Positions 27,883-37,981 of a stretch of 64,000 nt of DNA are shown here, one piece after another (position 1 is the first letter of the stretch; every line of letters begins with the position of its first letter). The notes beneath the pieces were generated by a model. That model was not told the DNA's origin. It made no database searches and worked only from the letters and a program-made list of their open reading frames with translations. Source of the DNA: an uncultured Gemmatimonadaceae bacterium (lineage in GTDB: Bacteria > Gemmatimonadota > Gemmatimonadetes > Gemmatimonadales > Gemmatimonadaceae); NCBI GenBank assembly GCA_963740355.1, contig CAVUDW010000002.1, forward strand, positions 672,001-736,000, given 5' to 3'. The position numbers and the translations under genes were made by a program.

Positions 27883-30051
27883 GTGTCGACATCCTTTGCT
27901 CCCCGCGCCGGCACCGGAGTGCCGATCGACGCGAGCCAGCGACGCATTCGCGTCGCGCTGGTCGGGAACCCGAACACCGGCAAGAGCACACTCTTCAACG
28001 CGTTGACCGGCATGCGTCAACGCGTCGGCAACTTCGCCGGTGTCACGGTCGAACGCGTCGAAGGCGCCATGCGCGGCCCCAATGGTGAAAAGGTCACCAT
28101 TGTCGATGTCCCGGGTTGCTACGCGCTCTCGCCAGCCAGCCCCGACGAAGAGATCGCGCTGGGCGTGATGCGAGGCACCGGCGGCGAGCCGATGCCGGAT
28201 GTGGTCGTTGTCGTTGCGGATGCACTGCACCTCGAACGAAATCTATATCTCGTCAGTCAGGTGCTGGAGCTTGGCCTGCCCACGATCGTGGCGCTGAATC
28301 AGGTCGATGCCGCGGCAGACGCTGGCGTTGATGTGGATGCGGTGGCGCTGATCCATGAGTTGGGTGCGCCCGTGATCCCGACCATCGCGACGCGAGGCGA
28401 AGGCGTTGACGTGCTGCGCCGTGCCATGATCACGGTGCTCGATCTGCCGCGCCCGGTGCGTCCTTTCCTGATGTCGCAAGAGGTGCGGGATGCGCTCGCA
28501 CCGCTGGCTGACACCCTCGCGTCGCACGGCGCCACGCCGATGGTCGCGGCACACGACGCCCTGCGATTGCTCGCCGTGCCACGCCTCGAATCGTGGTACG
28601 GCACGTCGCGAGAAAGCATCGCACCGATGGTCGACGAAGCGCGCATCGCGATTGCGGCGGCAGGCTTCAATCCGCGAAGCATCGAGGCGGAACTGCGGTA
28701 CGGCTGGAGCAGCGGAGTCGTGTCGCGCACAGTGAAGGATCACAAGGCCGGCCAGCGCACGAACAGCGACAAGATCGACGCCGTGGTGCTGCACCGGTTC
28801 TGGGGGCCGGTGCTGTTCGTGGCGGTGATGGCGCTGGTCTTCCAGGGGATCTTCACCTGGGCCCAGCCGGCGATGACGGCGGTGGAGTGGACGGTGTCGC
28901 AGATCGGCGACGCGGTTGGCGCACTGCTGCCCGATGGCGATTTGCGCGGCCTGCTGGTCGACGGCGTGATCGGCGGTGTCGGCAGCGTCCTGGTGTTCCT
29001 GCCACAGATCGCCATGCTGTTCCTGTTCATCGGGATCCTCGAAGACAGCGGCTACATGGCGCGCGCCGCCTACCTGATGGATCGTCTGATGCGGAAAGTC
29101 GGGCTGCACGGGAAAAGCTTCATCCCGATGATCAGCGGGTTCGCCTGCGCCGTGCCAGCCATCATGGCCACACGCACGATCGAAGAGCCGAAGGATCGAC
29201 TGGCCACGATCATGGTGGTGCCGTTGATGAGCTGCTCGGCGCGCCTGCCGGTGTACACGCTGCTGATCGGCGCCTTCGTGCCACCGGTCGCGGTGCTCGG
29301 CGGGCTGTTCAGCCTGCAAGGCGTGACGATGTTGCTGATGTACGTGCTGGGCACGGTGACGGCGCTGATCGTGGCGGCCTTCTTCAAGCGCACGCTGCTG
29401 CGTGGTCCGGTGCGGCCGATGATCCTCGAGATGCCGGCCTATCGGCTGCCGAACATCCGCACGCTGCTGCTGAACGTCTGGCACCGCGCCCAGATGTTCC
29501 TTCGCCGCGCCGGCACCGTGATTCTCAGCTGCAGCGTGGTGCTCTGGGCGCTGGCGACGTATCCGAAGACCAACGTGCCGACGAATCTCGCCCCGGCTGC
29601 CGCGCACGAGATGCAGCTCGAGAACTCGGCGCTGGGCCACATCGGCAAGGTGATCGAGCCGATGGTGCGCCCATTGGGCTACGACTGGAAGATCGGGGTC
29701 TCGATTGCAGCCAGCTTCGCCGCCCGTGAGGTGTTCGTCAGCACGATGGGCACGATCTACGGCGTTGGCGAGGCGGACGAGACGTCCGTCGCGCTGCGCG
29801 ATCGCCTTCGTGCGGAGGTGAACTCCCGCACGGGCTTGCCACAGTACTCACCGCTGGTGGCACTGGGCTTGATGGTGTTCTACGTCTACGCGCTGATGTG
29901 CATCAGCACGGTCGCGGTCACGGTGCGCGAAGCCGGCGGCGGGCGGATCGGCTGGCGCTGGGCCGCCATCCAGTTCGGCTACATGCTTGGCCTTGCGTAC
30001 GGTGCCGCGTTGTTGGTGTATCAAGGCGGACGCATGTTGGGTTACCAGTAG
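27883..30051 (+). CDS. feoB: Ferrous iron transport protein B
   Basis: GNPNTGKS, GNFAGVTV, DVPG, LEDSGYMARAA, CSARLPVY. Confidence 0.95.
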   Translation: MSTSFAPRAGTGVPIDASQRRIRVALVGNPNTGKSTLFNALTGMRQRVGNFAGVTVERVEGAMRGPNGEKVTIVDVPGCYALSPASPDEEIALGVMRGTGGEPMPDVVVVVADALHLERNLYLVSQVLELGLPTIVALNQVDAAADAGVDVDAVALIHELGAPVIPTIATRGEGVDVLRRAMITVLDLPRPVRPFLMSQEVRDALAPLADTLASHGATPMVAAHDALRLLAVPRLESWYGTSRESIAPMVDEARIAIAAAGFNPRSIEAELRYGWSSGVVSRTVKDHKAGQRTNSDKIDAVVLHRFWGPVLFVAVMALVFQGIFTWAQPAMTAVEWTVSQIGDAVGALLPDGDLRGLLVDGVIGGVGSVLVFLPQIAMLFLFIGILEDSGYMARAAYLMDRLMRKVGLHGKSFIPMISGFACAVPAIMATRTIEEPKDRLATIMVVPLMSCSARLPVYTLLIGAFVPPVAVLGGLFSLQGVTMLLMYVLGTVTALIVAAFFKRTLLRGPVRPMILEMPAYRLPNIRTLLLNVWHRAQMFLRRAGTVILSCSVVLWALATYPKTNVPTNLAPAAAHEMQLENSALGHIGKVIEPMVRPLGYDWKIGVSIAASFAAREVFVSTMGTIYGVGEADETSVALRDRLRAEVNSRTGLPQYSPLVALGLMVFYVYALMCISTVAVTVREAGGGRIGWRWAAIQFGYMLGLAYGAALLVYQGGRMLGYQ

Positions 30052-30068
30052 ACTTGGCAGGAGCCACC

Positions 30069-30248
30069 ATGGTCGAGCAAGTCATCGTTGGTCTGATCGT
30101 CCTTGCCGCGACGTTCTTCATCGGCCGTCGGGTGTGGAGCGCCATTGCGGCCGTTCGCGCGCCGAAGGGCGCGGGGGGCTGCGATTCAGGATGTGGCTGC
30201 GCGCCGACAGCCACCACACATCGCACCAACACCCCCGTCAGTCACTGA
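30069..30248 (+). CDS. FeoB-associated small Cys-rich membrane protein
   Basis: AGGAG RBS; one TM helix then GGCDSGCGC. Confidence 0.75.
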   Translation: MVEQVIVGLIVLAATFFIGRRVWSAIAAVRAPKGAGGCDSGCGCAPTATTHRTNTPVSH

Positions 30249-30983
30249 TCAGCGCAGTCGCGTCCAGATGAGAAGCGAACAGTCCTCCGACTGACCGGTG
30301 TACTGTGCCGGCGTGCTCGAGGTATAGAGCTCGAAGGCTGCGATGTCCTGCGGCGGCAACGTCGAGAGCGCGAAGCGAAAAGTCAGACCCGGTGACGTCG
30401 CGTGCTGGCCGTCGATCCACACGCCGAGATTGCGACAGCGTGGGACATTGATTTCGCTACCAGAGCCACCGCCGGTGCGGACCCCGGGCAAGCCATTGAA
30501 CCAGTCGTTCAGGCTGAAGGGCACACCACCCGGGAAGTACGCGATATCGCGGAACTGCCCCCCACCGCGCTTTCGACGCTGCTCGAATGCCGCGCGCCAC
30601 GGCTCGCCGGGAAAGACATCCTTGACTTCAACTTCGGGCAGCCGCTGTCCGGCCGCACCCATCGCCACTCGCACGGTGAACGCGGGCGCCTTGCCGATCA
30701 CGAACCGTGCATTGCGCTGCTCGAAACCGATCTTCTGCACGGTGATGTTGATCGCGCTGTCGGCAAGCACGGTGGCCTTCGCCAATCCGGATGAATCGGT
30801 GCGCGCGGAATCGCCGGTGAGGAAGAACGTGATACGCACGTCCGGAATGGGATGTCCCTCCTTGTCGCGTACCTCGATCCGGAACTCACGAGGCGTGGAC
30901 TGCGCGAAGGCGGAACCGACGGCGAAAAACGTCAGCAGGTACGGAAGCAGGTGAACGAGGAGTGCATGAGTCGCGCGAAGCAT
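30249..30983 (-). CDS. Secreted carboxypeptidase-regulatory-like plus TonB-plug-like domain protein (paralog 1)
   Basis: Signal peptide AFA|Q; TDSSG, QKIGF, LPEVEV, WIDG, DIAAFELY, LLIWTR. Confidence 0.65.
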   Translation of the reverse strand: MLRATHALLVHLLPYLLTFFAVGSAFAQSTPREFRIEVRDKEGHPIPDVRITFFLTGDSARTDSSGLAKATVLADSAINITVQKIGFEQRNARFVIGKAPAFTVRVAMGAAGQRLPEVEVKDVFPGEPWRAAFEQRRKRGGGQFRDIAYFPGGVPFSLNDWFNGLPGVRTGGGSGSEINVPRCRNLGVWIDGQHATSPGLTFRFALSTLPPQDIAAFELYTSSTPAQYTGQSEDCSLLIWTRLR

Positions 30984-31017
30984 TGGTTGACCGTGAGGGA
31001 AGTCGACGGACCGTGGG

Positions 31018-31794
31018 CTATCGGCTGCGTGTCCAGACCAGCAAGGAGCAGTCCTCGCGATTTGGATCACTGTACTGCGACTGCTGCTGCGCCATCCTGT
31101 ACAACTCGATCGCTGCAATATCCGTGGCCGTGAGCTGCATCATGGCAAGGTTCGATGACAAGCCAGGCCCCGTGACATGCATGCCATCAATCCAGACGCC
31201 GATCCGTGGGCAACGATTGACGCGCAGGCCACGCCCTGTCATCTGTGCGCCTGGAATGCCGGCGAACCAGTCCTCCAGAATCATCGGCTGGCGACCGGTG
31301 AAGAACGATCGATCGCGGAAAGAACCGCTGGAACGCCGCCGCCGTTCCTCATAGGCCTGACGCCACGGTTCGCCCGGATACTCCGCCGTGACCGTGACCT
31401 CCGGGAGTCGCATCCCGAGTTCGCCCAACGTCACCCGTACGACGAACGCCGGCGCGTCCCCGATGGGAAAGCGAGCGGCCCTTGGCTCGAACCCGATCTT
31501 GCGAATGCTGATGGTCATCGTGCTGTCAGCGTCGATGGTCGCCTTCGCGATCCCAGCGGAATCGGTGACGGCGCTATCCGCGCGCGGCAGAAACTCGATG
31601 CGCGCCCCGGGCAGCATGCGGCCCGTCCGGTCACGCACCTCCACGCGCACTTCGCGCGGTGTGGGCTGCTGTGCGCTCGCAACCGACGGATGGACGCAAC
31701 AGAGCGCGGCACCGGCAACCAGCCGCGCGATGCCCCGACGCACCGTCCCGGAAGCGCTGTGGTCGTGGAGCGAAAAAGCCATGAGGCGAAACAT
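31018..31794 (-). CDS. Secreted carboxypeptidase-regulatory-like plus TonB-plug-like domain protein (paralog 2)
   Basis: Signal peptide ASA|Q; TDSAG, RKIGF, LPEVTV, WIDG, DIAAIELY, LLVWTR. Confidence 0.65.
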   Translation of the reverse strand: MFRLMAFSLHDHSASGTVRRGIARLVAGAALCCVHPSVASAQQPTPREVRVEVRDRTGRMLPGARIEFLPRADSAVTDSAGIAKATIDADSTMTISIRKIGFEPRAARFPIGDAPAFVVRVTLGELGMRLPEVTVTAEYPGEPWRQAYEERRRRSSGSFRDRSFFTGRQPMILEDWFAGIPGAQMTGRGLRVNRCPRIGVWIDGMHVTGPGLSSNLAMMQLTATDIAAIELYRMAQQQSQYSDPNREDCSLLVWTRSR

Positions 31795-31833
31795 GCGAGC
31801 CGTACCGAGCGCAGGCCAACTTGGCCACCGGAC

Positions 31834-32871
31834 TCAGGGTCGGGTCATTCCCGGGATAAACGCACTCGAGGTTGCCGCCAGATCCAACGCCGCCCACTCA
31901 CCACGTTCCGCACGGAAGAGGCCGGCCCGGGCAATCATGGCGGCGTTGTCGGTGGCAATGCGCGGTGACGGTGCAAACACAGCCACGCCAGCCCCGACCC
32001 GCTCGGTGATGGTACCCACAAGCGCACGGTTGCACGCCACGCCACCACCCAGCACGACTCGCCTTCGCCCGGTGGCCCGAACCGCCCGGGCGACCTTTTC
32101 AGCCAGCGTCTCGGTCAGCGCGTCCTGAAATCCGCGGGCGATGTGGGCTGAATCGATCTCAATACTTTCACTGGATTTTACCGCCAGCATCACGGCAGTC
32201 TTAAGCCCGCTGAACGACACATCGTAGTAATCCGAGTCGCCGAGGTGTTGGTCGCGACGGAGCATCGGGCGGGTGAAGCGGAAGCGGGTCGGGTCGCCCG
32301 TGGTGGCGAGGGATTCCAGATGTCGGCCGCCGGGGTAGGGCAGGCCGAGGAGCTTTGCGGCCTTGTCGAAGGCCTCGCCGGCTGCGTCGTCCCGGGTCGC
32401 GCCGAGGAGGGTGTATTCGCCCCACTGCGGAACGTCGAGCAGCATGGTGTGGCCGCCGCTCACGAGGAGGGCGGTGAAAGGCGGGACGGCGTCGGGATGT
32501 TCGAGGCTGGTGGCGAAGAGGTGGCCTTCCAGGTGGTGCACACCGACCAGCGGAATGCCGGTGGTCAGTGAGAGGCCCTTGGCTGCGGCCACGCCGACGA
32601 GGAGTGCGCCGACCAATCCCGGGGCGTGGGTGACCGCGATGGCGTCGATGTCGGAGAGCGCGACGCCAGCATCGCCGAGGGTCTGGTCGATCACGGGCAG
32701 GATCGACGTGAGGTGTTGTCGGCTCGCGATTTCCGGGACCACGCCGCCGAAGATGCGGTGCACGTCCTGTGACAGAATGACGAGCGACTCGAGCGTGACT
32801 GCGTCGCCCGAGCCGCTGAGCACTGCTGCCGACGTCTCGTCGCAGCTGGTTTCGATTCCGAGGATGCGCAT
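31834..32871 (-). CDS. tsaD: tRNA N6-threonylcarbamoyltransferase
   Basis: GIETSCDE, GGVVPEIASRQH, HHLEGH, VSGGHT, DNAAMIA. Confidence 0.95.
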   Translation of the reverse strand: MRILGIETSCDETSAAVLSGSGDAVTLESLVILSQDVHRIFGGVVPEIASRQHLTSILPVIDQTLGDAGVALSDIDAIAVTHAPGLVGALLVGVAAAKGLSLTTGIPLVGVHHLEGHLFATSLEHPDAVPPFTALLVSGGHTMLLDVPQWGEYTLLGATRDDAAGEAFDKAAKLLGLPYPGGRHLESLATTGDPTRFRFTRPMLRRDQHLGDSDYYDVSFSGLKTAVMLAVKSSESIEIDSAHIARGFQDALTETLAEKVARAVRATGRRRVVLGGGVACNRALVGTITERVGAGVAVFAPSPRIATDNAAMIARAGLFRAERGEWAALDLAATSSAFIPGMTRP

Positions 32872-32881
32872 TGTGGTGGCG

Positions 32882-33436
32882 CTAGGCGCCGGCGTCTTTC
32901 AGGAGCTGCGAGATGAGGGCGCGATTGGGCTCGGAGTTCCAGTCGGAGGCCGCGATCACCTTTTTCCGGATCGTACCGTCGGCCGCGATGATGAACGTCT
33001 CAGGCACGCCGGTGGTCTGGTAGGCGGCCTGGATGGCGTGGGTCGAGTCGTGCAGGACTTCGAAGGTGAGGCCGAAATCCTTGAGGAATTTGCGGATGTC
33101 GTCGCGCTTGCCCGGATCATCGATGCTGACCGCGACTACGCGCAGTCCCTTTGGACCCATCGACTTGTGCAGTGCTTCGATGCTGGGCATTTCCGTGCGA
33201 CAGGGGCCGCACCAGGTCGCCCAAACATTCAGCAGCACGACTTTCCCCTTGTAGTCGGCGAGGGACTTGGCGCGCGGGGGGCTGTCGTCGACCGTGGCGC
33301 CGCCGAACATCGGTGCCTGCGTACCCACGTCCACGCCAACCAGTTCGTCCTTTAGCTGGTAGGAGCCGAACCAGAGGGCACCGCCCAGCACAGCGACGAT
33401 CGCGCCGACGACGGACCATTGCTGGCCGGAGGTCAT
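32882..33436 (-). CDS. TlpA/ResA-family thiol:disulfide oxidoreductase
   Basis: WATWCGPCR, GVPETF; N-terminal TM helix. Confidence 0.9.
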   Translation of the reverse strand: MTSGQQWSVVGAIVAVLGGALWFGSYQLKDELVGVDVGTQAPMFGGATVDDSPPRAKSLADYKGKVVLLNVWATWCGPCRTEMPSIEALHKSMGPKGLRVVAVSIDDPGKRDDIRKFLKDFGLTFEVLHDSTHAIQAAYQTTGVPETFIIAADGTIRKKVIAASDWNSEPNRALISQLLKDAGA

Positions 33437-34101
33437 GCCGCCTCCAGCAGGCAGAGATTGCGGAGCGCGCTCACTTCGGCGGCAGGGTCCTTGGCGCTGA
33501 AGATGGCGTTGCCCGCGACGAAGGTCGTGGCGCCGGCGTGGTAGCAGCTGCGGATGGTGTCACGAGCCACACCGCCGTCGACTTCGAGAATTGCGCTGCT
33601 GCCGATGCTGTCGAGCAGCTGGCGCGCTCGGCGGATCTTGTCGAGGGAGTGCGGAATGAACTTCTGCCCGCCGAAGCCGGGGTTCACGGACATGATCAGC
33701 AACAGATCGAGCTCGTCGGCCACTTCGTGGATCGACTCGAGTGATGTGGACGGATTCAAGGTCGCACCGGCGGTGAGGCCGAGTTCCTTGATGCGCATCA
33801 GTTGGCGATGGAGGTGCGGCGCGGTTTCGACGTGGACGGTGAGGCCATTGGCACCGGCCTTGGCGAAGCTGTCGAAGTACTTCTCCGGTTCGACCGTCAT
33901 CAGGTGCACGTCGAGCGGGAGCGTGGTGAGTTTGCGCACGGTCTCGATGACCTTGAGCCCGAAGCTGAGGTTCGGGACGAAGACGCCGTCCATGACATCG
34001 ACGTGGAGCCAGTCGGCGCCGGCGGCTTCGATCATGGCCAATTCGTCCGCCATGCGGGCGAAATCGACGGAGAGCAGGGATGGTGCGATGCGTACGGTCA
34101 T
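33433..34101 (-). CDS. rpe: Ribulose-phosphate 3-epimerase
   Basis: HVDVMDG, DVHLM, MSVNPGFGGQ, EVDGG. Confidence 0.95.
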   Translation of the reverse strand: MTVRIAPSLLSVDFARMADELAMIEAAGADWLHVDVMDGVFVPNLSFGLKVIETVRKLTTLPLDVHLMTVEPEKYFDSFAKAGANGLTVHVETAPHLHRQLMRIKELGLTAGATLNPSTSLESIHEVADELDLLLIMSVNPGFGGQKFIPHSLDKIRRARQLLDSIGSSAILEVDGGVARDTIRSCYHAGATTFVAGNAIFSAKDPAAEVSALRNLCLLEAA

Positions 34102-34163
34102 CCCCAAAGATACCACGACCGGAACCGTGCCGGTTCGGTGATGGTTGCGCCGATCGCCCTTCG

Positions 34164-34955
34164 TTACTGGGGTGGCGCGCTGTCGCGTGGCGCGCGAGGC
34201 CGCGAGACGGTGAGCGTGACTGAGGACCCCGGGGCTGCGGGGGAATTGGCGGCGGGGCGTTGTGCGCTGACGAAGCCTTCCGGCTGCGCGCCGGTGGAAT
34301 CGTCCTTGGCCGGGCCCGCGGTCAGTCCGAGTTGGCCGAGGAGTGCGAGCGCGTCTTCGACCGGCATGCCGACGAGCGATGGGACGCCGATGGCATCTGG
34401 GCCGGCGCTGATGGTGAGGCTGACCGAGGCCGGTTGCGGGATGGTGACTCCCGGTCGTGGCGTGGTGGCAATCACTTCGCCGCGAGGGCGCTTATCGAGT
34501 TTTTCGGCCGCGTTCGCCTGAACATCGAACCCCGCCGCTTCGAGCTCTTTGGTGGCTGTTTCGCGGGTCATGCCGAGCACATTTGGTACGGTGCCCTTTT
34601 TCGCGCCGAGTGAGACGTCGAGGGTGACCTCGTCCCCCTTGAGACCCTTGAGGCCGGGGGCCGGGGTTTGTCCGAGTACCGAGTTGCGTGGTGCGGTCGG
34701 GTGGTTGAGCGATTCGCCCGTCTTGACCTTGAAGCCCGCGGCGCTCAATCGTGCGGCCGCATCGTTGTAGAGCAGTCCGACCACATTCGGCACTGCCGAT
34801 TCGCCACGACTGAGCGTGCCTGGGAGCAGGAAGAGGGCGATCAGGATGTAGCCGAGCACGAAGCCGCCGATGGCGGTCGAGAGAATCGGGCGGCGCGAGA
34901 CCAGATCCTTGAGCTTTTGGATTCGCGTCGAATTCATCTGCACCGTCGGCGTCAT
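34164..34955 (-). CDS. Membrane-anchored PASTA-domain protein (3 repeats)
   Basis: VPNVVG, VPNVLG, VPSLVG repeats after one TM helix. Confidence 0.85.
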   Translation of the reverse strand: MTPTVQMNSTRIQKLKDLVSRRPILSTAIGGFVLGYILIALFLLPGTLSRGESAVPNVVGLLYNDAAARLSAAGFKVKTGESLNHPTAPRNSVLGQTPAPGLKGLKGDEVTLDVSLGAKKGTVPNVLGMTRETATKELEAAGFDVQANAAEKLDKRPRGEVIATTPRPGVTIPQPASVSLTISAGPDAIGVPSLVGMPVEDALALLGQLGLTAGPAKDDSTGAQPEGFVSAQRPAANSPAAPGSSVTLTVSRPRAPRDSAPPQ

Positions 34956-36352
34956 CGAATCCGGCGCAGGCGGGCAGCGAAGGCGCCGTCGACGCCGTGC
35001 GACTGTGGCAGCACGCGGAGCATGCCGTTGTCGAGCACCGAATCCGGGACCACGCCGGCCGGTGGTGGTTCGAGCACGAACGCATCGTCGTCGGCGAGGA
35101 ACTCGTTGACGACGGCATCGTTTTCTTCGCGTTCCAGTGAGCAGGTGCTGTAGATCAGCAGTCCGCCCGGCTTCACACAGCTGCTGGCGGCAGCGAGGAT
35201 ATCGCGCTGCAGCACCGGCAGCAGGGCGATGTCACTGACGCGCAGGCGCCAGCGCGCATCGGGGTGGCGGCGGAACGTGCCAGTCCCCGTGCATGGCACG
35301 TCCACGAGGATCGCGTCGACCGGTTCCAGCGTTGGCGCAGTTGCATCCATTTCACGCACGTCCACATCGGTGGCTTGCATGCGTTCGAGGTTCGCGTGCA
35401 GGCGCTCGAGGCGGTTCGCGGAGCGATCGCTTGCGATGACGCGTGCGCCGGCTTGCAGCAGCGCGAGTGTCTTGCCGCCCGGCGCGGCGCAGAGATCGGC
35501 CGCCACGTCGCCGCGTGGGATGTCGGCGTATTGCACGACAAGCGCGCTGCCGGCGTCCTGCACCCAGAGCTGTCCGCGTTGGAATGCGCCGAGCTGCGTG
35601 AGAGCGACACCGGGGGGCAGTTGGAGGCCGTCGGCGAGCAGTGGGGTGGTGATGGTTTCGACCGCGCGTTCGTGCAGCATTTCCTGCAGTTCATCGCGCG
35701 TGATACCGAACGGTCGCACGATGATCGGTGCTTCGCTGTTGTTGTGCGCCGTCAGTCGTTCGGTCGCATCCTTCCCGAAGGCGGCGATCCATCGTTCCAA
35801 CAGCCAGCGTGGGTGGCTGGTGCGAACGGCGAGTCGTTCCGTCAGGTCGTGGTTGCGGTCGAGTGCGGCGGCGGTGCCTTCGGGGGTGGCAACAGAGGGC
35901 AGGTCGCGTTCGCGATCGATGCGGCGCAACACCGCGTTGACCAGCTTGCTCGCGCCGATACCATGGCGCCGTTTGGCCAGCTCGACCGTCTGCGCGATTG
36001 CCGCGTACGCCGGTACGCTTCCCATCGACAGCAATTGGTAGGTGCCGAGCCGGAGCAGGTCACCGAGGTCGGCATCGAGGCGGGCGAGGCCACCCGTGAT
36101 GCGCGGGGCGAGGATGGCGTCGATCCAGCCGCGGGACCGCAGCAGGCCGTAGACCAGCTCCTGGATCCAGCGGCGATCGCGCGGGTCGAGCGCAGTGGTG
36201 GCGCGATCGAATGCCCCATCGAGCAGGGTGCCACCGCGCAGCGACGCGAGGATCTCTGCCGCCGCGATGCGTGACTCGGTGATGAGCGTGCCACGGGCAG
36301 GATTCGCCGTCGCGAGCGTCACAGGAGCCTCACCGGCGGAATCCCTCGTCAT
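34952..36352 (-). CDS. rsmB: 16S rRNA m5C967 methyltransferase
   Basis: NusB-like N-terminus (LVNAVLR), DLCAAPGGKT, DVPCTGTG, YSTCS. Confidence 0.9.
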   Translation of the reverse strand: MTRDSAGEAPVTLATANPARGTLITESRIAAAEILASLRGGTLLDGAFDRATTALDPRDRRWIQELVYGLLRSRGWIDAILAPRITGGLARLDADLGDLLRLGTYQLLSMGSVPAYAAIAQTVELAKRRHGIGASKLVNAVLRRIDRERDLPSVATPEGTAAALDRNHDLTERLAVRTSHPRWLLERWIAAFGKDATERLTAHNNSEAPIIVRPFGITRDELQEMLHERAVETITTPLLADGLQLPPGVALTQLGAFQRGQLWVQDAGSALVVQYADIPRGDVAADLCAAPGGKTLALLQAGARVIASDRSANRLERLHANLERMQATDVDVREMDATAPTLEPVDAILVDVPCTGTGTFRRHPDARWRLRVSDIALLPVLQRDILAAASSCVKPGGLLIYSTCSLEREENDAVVNEFLADDDAFVLEPPPAGVVPDSVLDNGMLRVLPQSHGVDGAFAARLRRIR

Positions 36353-36971
36353 ATGCGGCAAGATAGCGACGGGTGGCAGTGACGGCATCGTCGAGCCAGA
36401 TGCCCCGCATCGCGGCGATGCCTGCCGCACCCGTTTTTACGACTTCATGTACCCGTTCCGGTGTCATGCCGCCGACCGCGATGACTGGACAGTCTTCAGC
36501 CGCTTCGACCACCGCCTGCACGAACTGCAGCGGGTCGGCGCTGTGGAGTGCGCCGTGATGTATTGCGTCATTGGATAGGCCGGCGACGAGGAAGGTGGCG
36601 CCGCTCTGTGCCGTCATCCAGGCGTCTGCGGTGGCGTGGACGCTGGCGCCAAGGATCATGGTCGGTGCGATGCGTCTTGCATCGGCGATCGTGAGTGAAC
36701 GCGAGGTCAGTTGTGCGCCCGAGACGCCGGAGACCATGGCGATGTCGACGCGATCGTTGATCAGGACCCAGCTGCCGGTCGTTTCGCTGACGACGCGTAA
36801 CTCCAGTGCCAGTTCGAGCAGCCGTCGTGACGACGTTTCGGAGGAGCGGAGGTGAATCGCCACCCGTCGGCGACAGGCTTGCATGACCGCCGTTGCCGAT
36901 CGGATGAAATTCGGATCTGCGAGCACCACGTCGTTGGTCAGTGCGTGCAGTTCCGGGACCGTGCCGTACAT
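36330..36971 (-). CDS. Thiamine phosphate synthase-like (ThiE/TenI) protein
   Basis: INDRVDIA, GASVH, PVIAVGG motifs. Confidence 0.75.
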   Translation of the reverse strand: MYGTVPELHALTNDVVLADPNFIRSATAVMQACRRRVAIHLRSSETSSRRLLELALELRVVSETTGSWVLINDRVDIAMVSGVSGAQLTSRSLTIADARRIAPTMILGASVHATADAWMTAQSGATFLVAGLSNDAIHHGALHSADPLQFVQAVVEAAEDCPVIAVGGMTPERVHEVVKTGAAGIAAMRGIWLDDAVTATRRYLAAYDEGFRR

Positions 36972-37960
36972 CAGGTGAGGGGCGCGTTGTTGGGTGCGCT
37001 GTCGGTACCGGTGCCCAGCGACGCGTCGGTGCCGAGCACGTCGTTGATCGCGACACCGCGACCGGCGGCCCATTCGCTGACTCGCTGACGCCGCTTGCCT
37101 GATGGGTGCACGTCGAGAATGCGGACCGTGCCTTCGCCGCAGGCCACCAGCATGCCGTCATCGTCGATCGAGAGGACGGTGCCGGGTGCGTCGACGTGGG
37201 TGTGCATGTGCGAGGCACGCACGCCGAAGCACTTCACGTCGGTGCCGGCCAGTGTCGTCCAGGCGCCGGGTCGCGGATCCCAGGCGCGGATGGCGTTGGC
37301 CACATCGGGGGCTGGTGCGCGCCAGTCGATGCGGGCCATGTCGCGTTCGATCTTGGGCGCGAAGGTGGCCCTGGTGTGATCCTGCTCGCGTTCCGGCAGC
37401 TGCTCGAGCTCGAGCAGCGCGAGGGCTTCGATCAGTGACTGTGCGCCGAGTTCCGAGAGACGGTTGCGGAGCTCGCCGCCCGTTTCGTCGGGGAGGATCG
37501 GGACGGTGCTGGTGTGCAGGATCGGGCCTGCATCCATCGCCAGCACCATGCGCATGATGGTGATGCCGGTCTGCGTGAAGCCACGCCGAATGGCGGTTTC
37601 GATCGGGGCCGCGCCGCGCAGTTCCGGGAGGAGCGAGGCGTGGATGTTGATCGTGCCGCGCGGCGGATGTTCGATCACGGCCAGCGGCAGGATGTGTCCG
37701 TAGGCCACGACCACATTGAGGTCGGCGCCAAGTGCCGTCAGTTCCGCGAGAAATGCGTCACCGCGTGGGCGTTCCGGCTGCAGCACCGGAAGCCCTTCGC
37801 GCAATGCCACTTCCTTGACGGGCGGCGGTGTCAGTGTGCGCGCACGTCCCACTGGGCGATCGGGTTGCGTGACCACGCCCACCACATCGAATCCCTCACC
37901 GAGCAGGGCTTCGAGTGGTGGAACGGCAAATTCCGGAGTGCCCCAGAAGAGGATGCGCAC
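36971..37960 (-). CDS. fmt: Methionyl-tRNA formyltransferase
   Basis: GTPEFA, TQPDRP, NIHASLLP, RGAAPI. Confidence 0.95.
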   Translation of the reverse strand: MRILFWGTPEFAVPPLEALLGEGFDVVGVVTQPDRPVGRARTLTPPPVKEVALREGLPVLQPERPRGDAFLAELTALGADLNVVVAYGHILPLAVIEHPPRGTINIHASLLPELRGAAPIETAIRRGFTQTGITIMRMVLAMDAGPILHTSTVPILPDETGGELRNRLSELGAQSLIEALALLELEQLPEREQDHTRATFAPKIERDMARIDWRAPAPDVANAIRAWDPRPGAWTTLAGTDVKCFGVRASHMHTHVDAPGTVLSIDDDGMLVACGEGTVRILDVHPSGKRRQRVSEWAAGRGVAINDVLGTDASLGTGTDSAPNNAPLT

Positions 37961-37981
37961 GGTGTCAGGCTCCGTTGCGCG

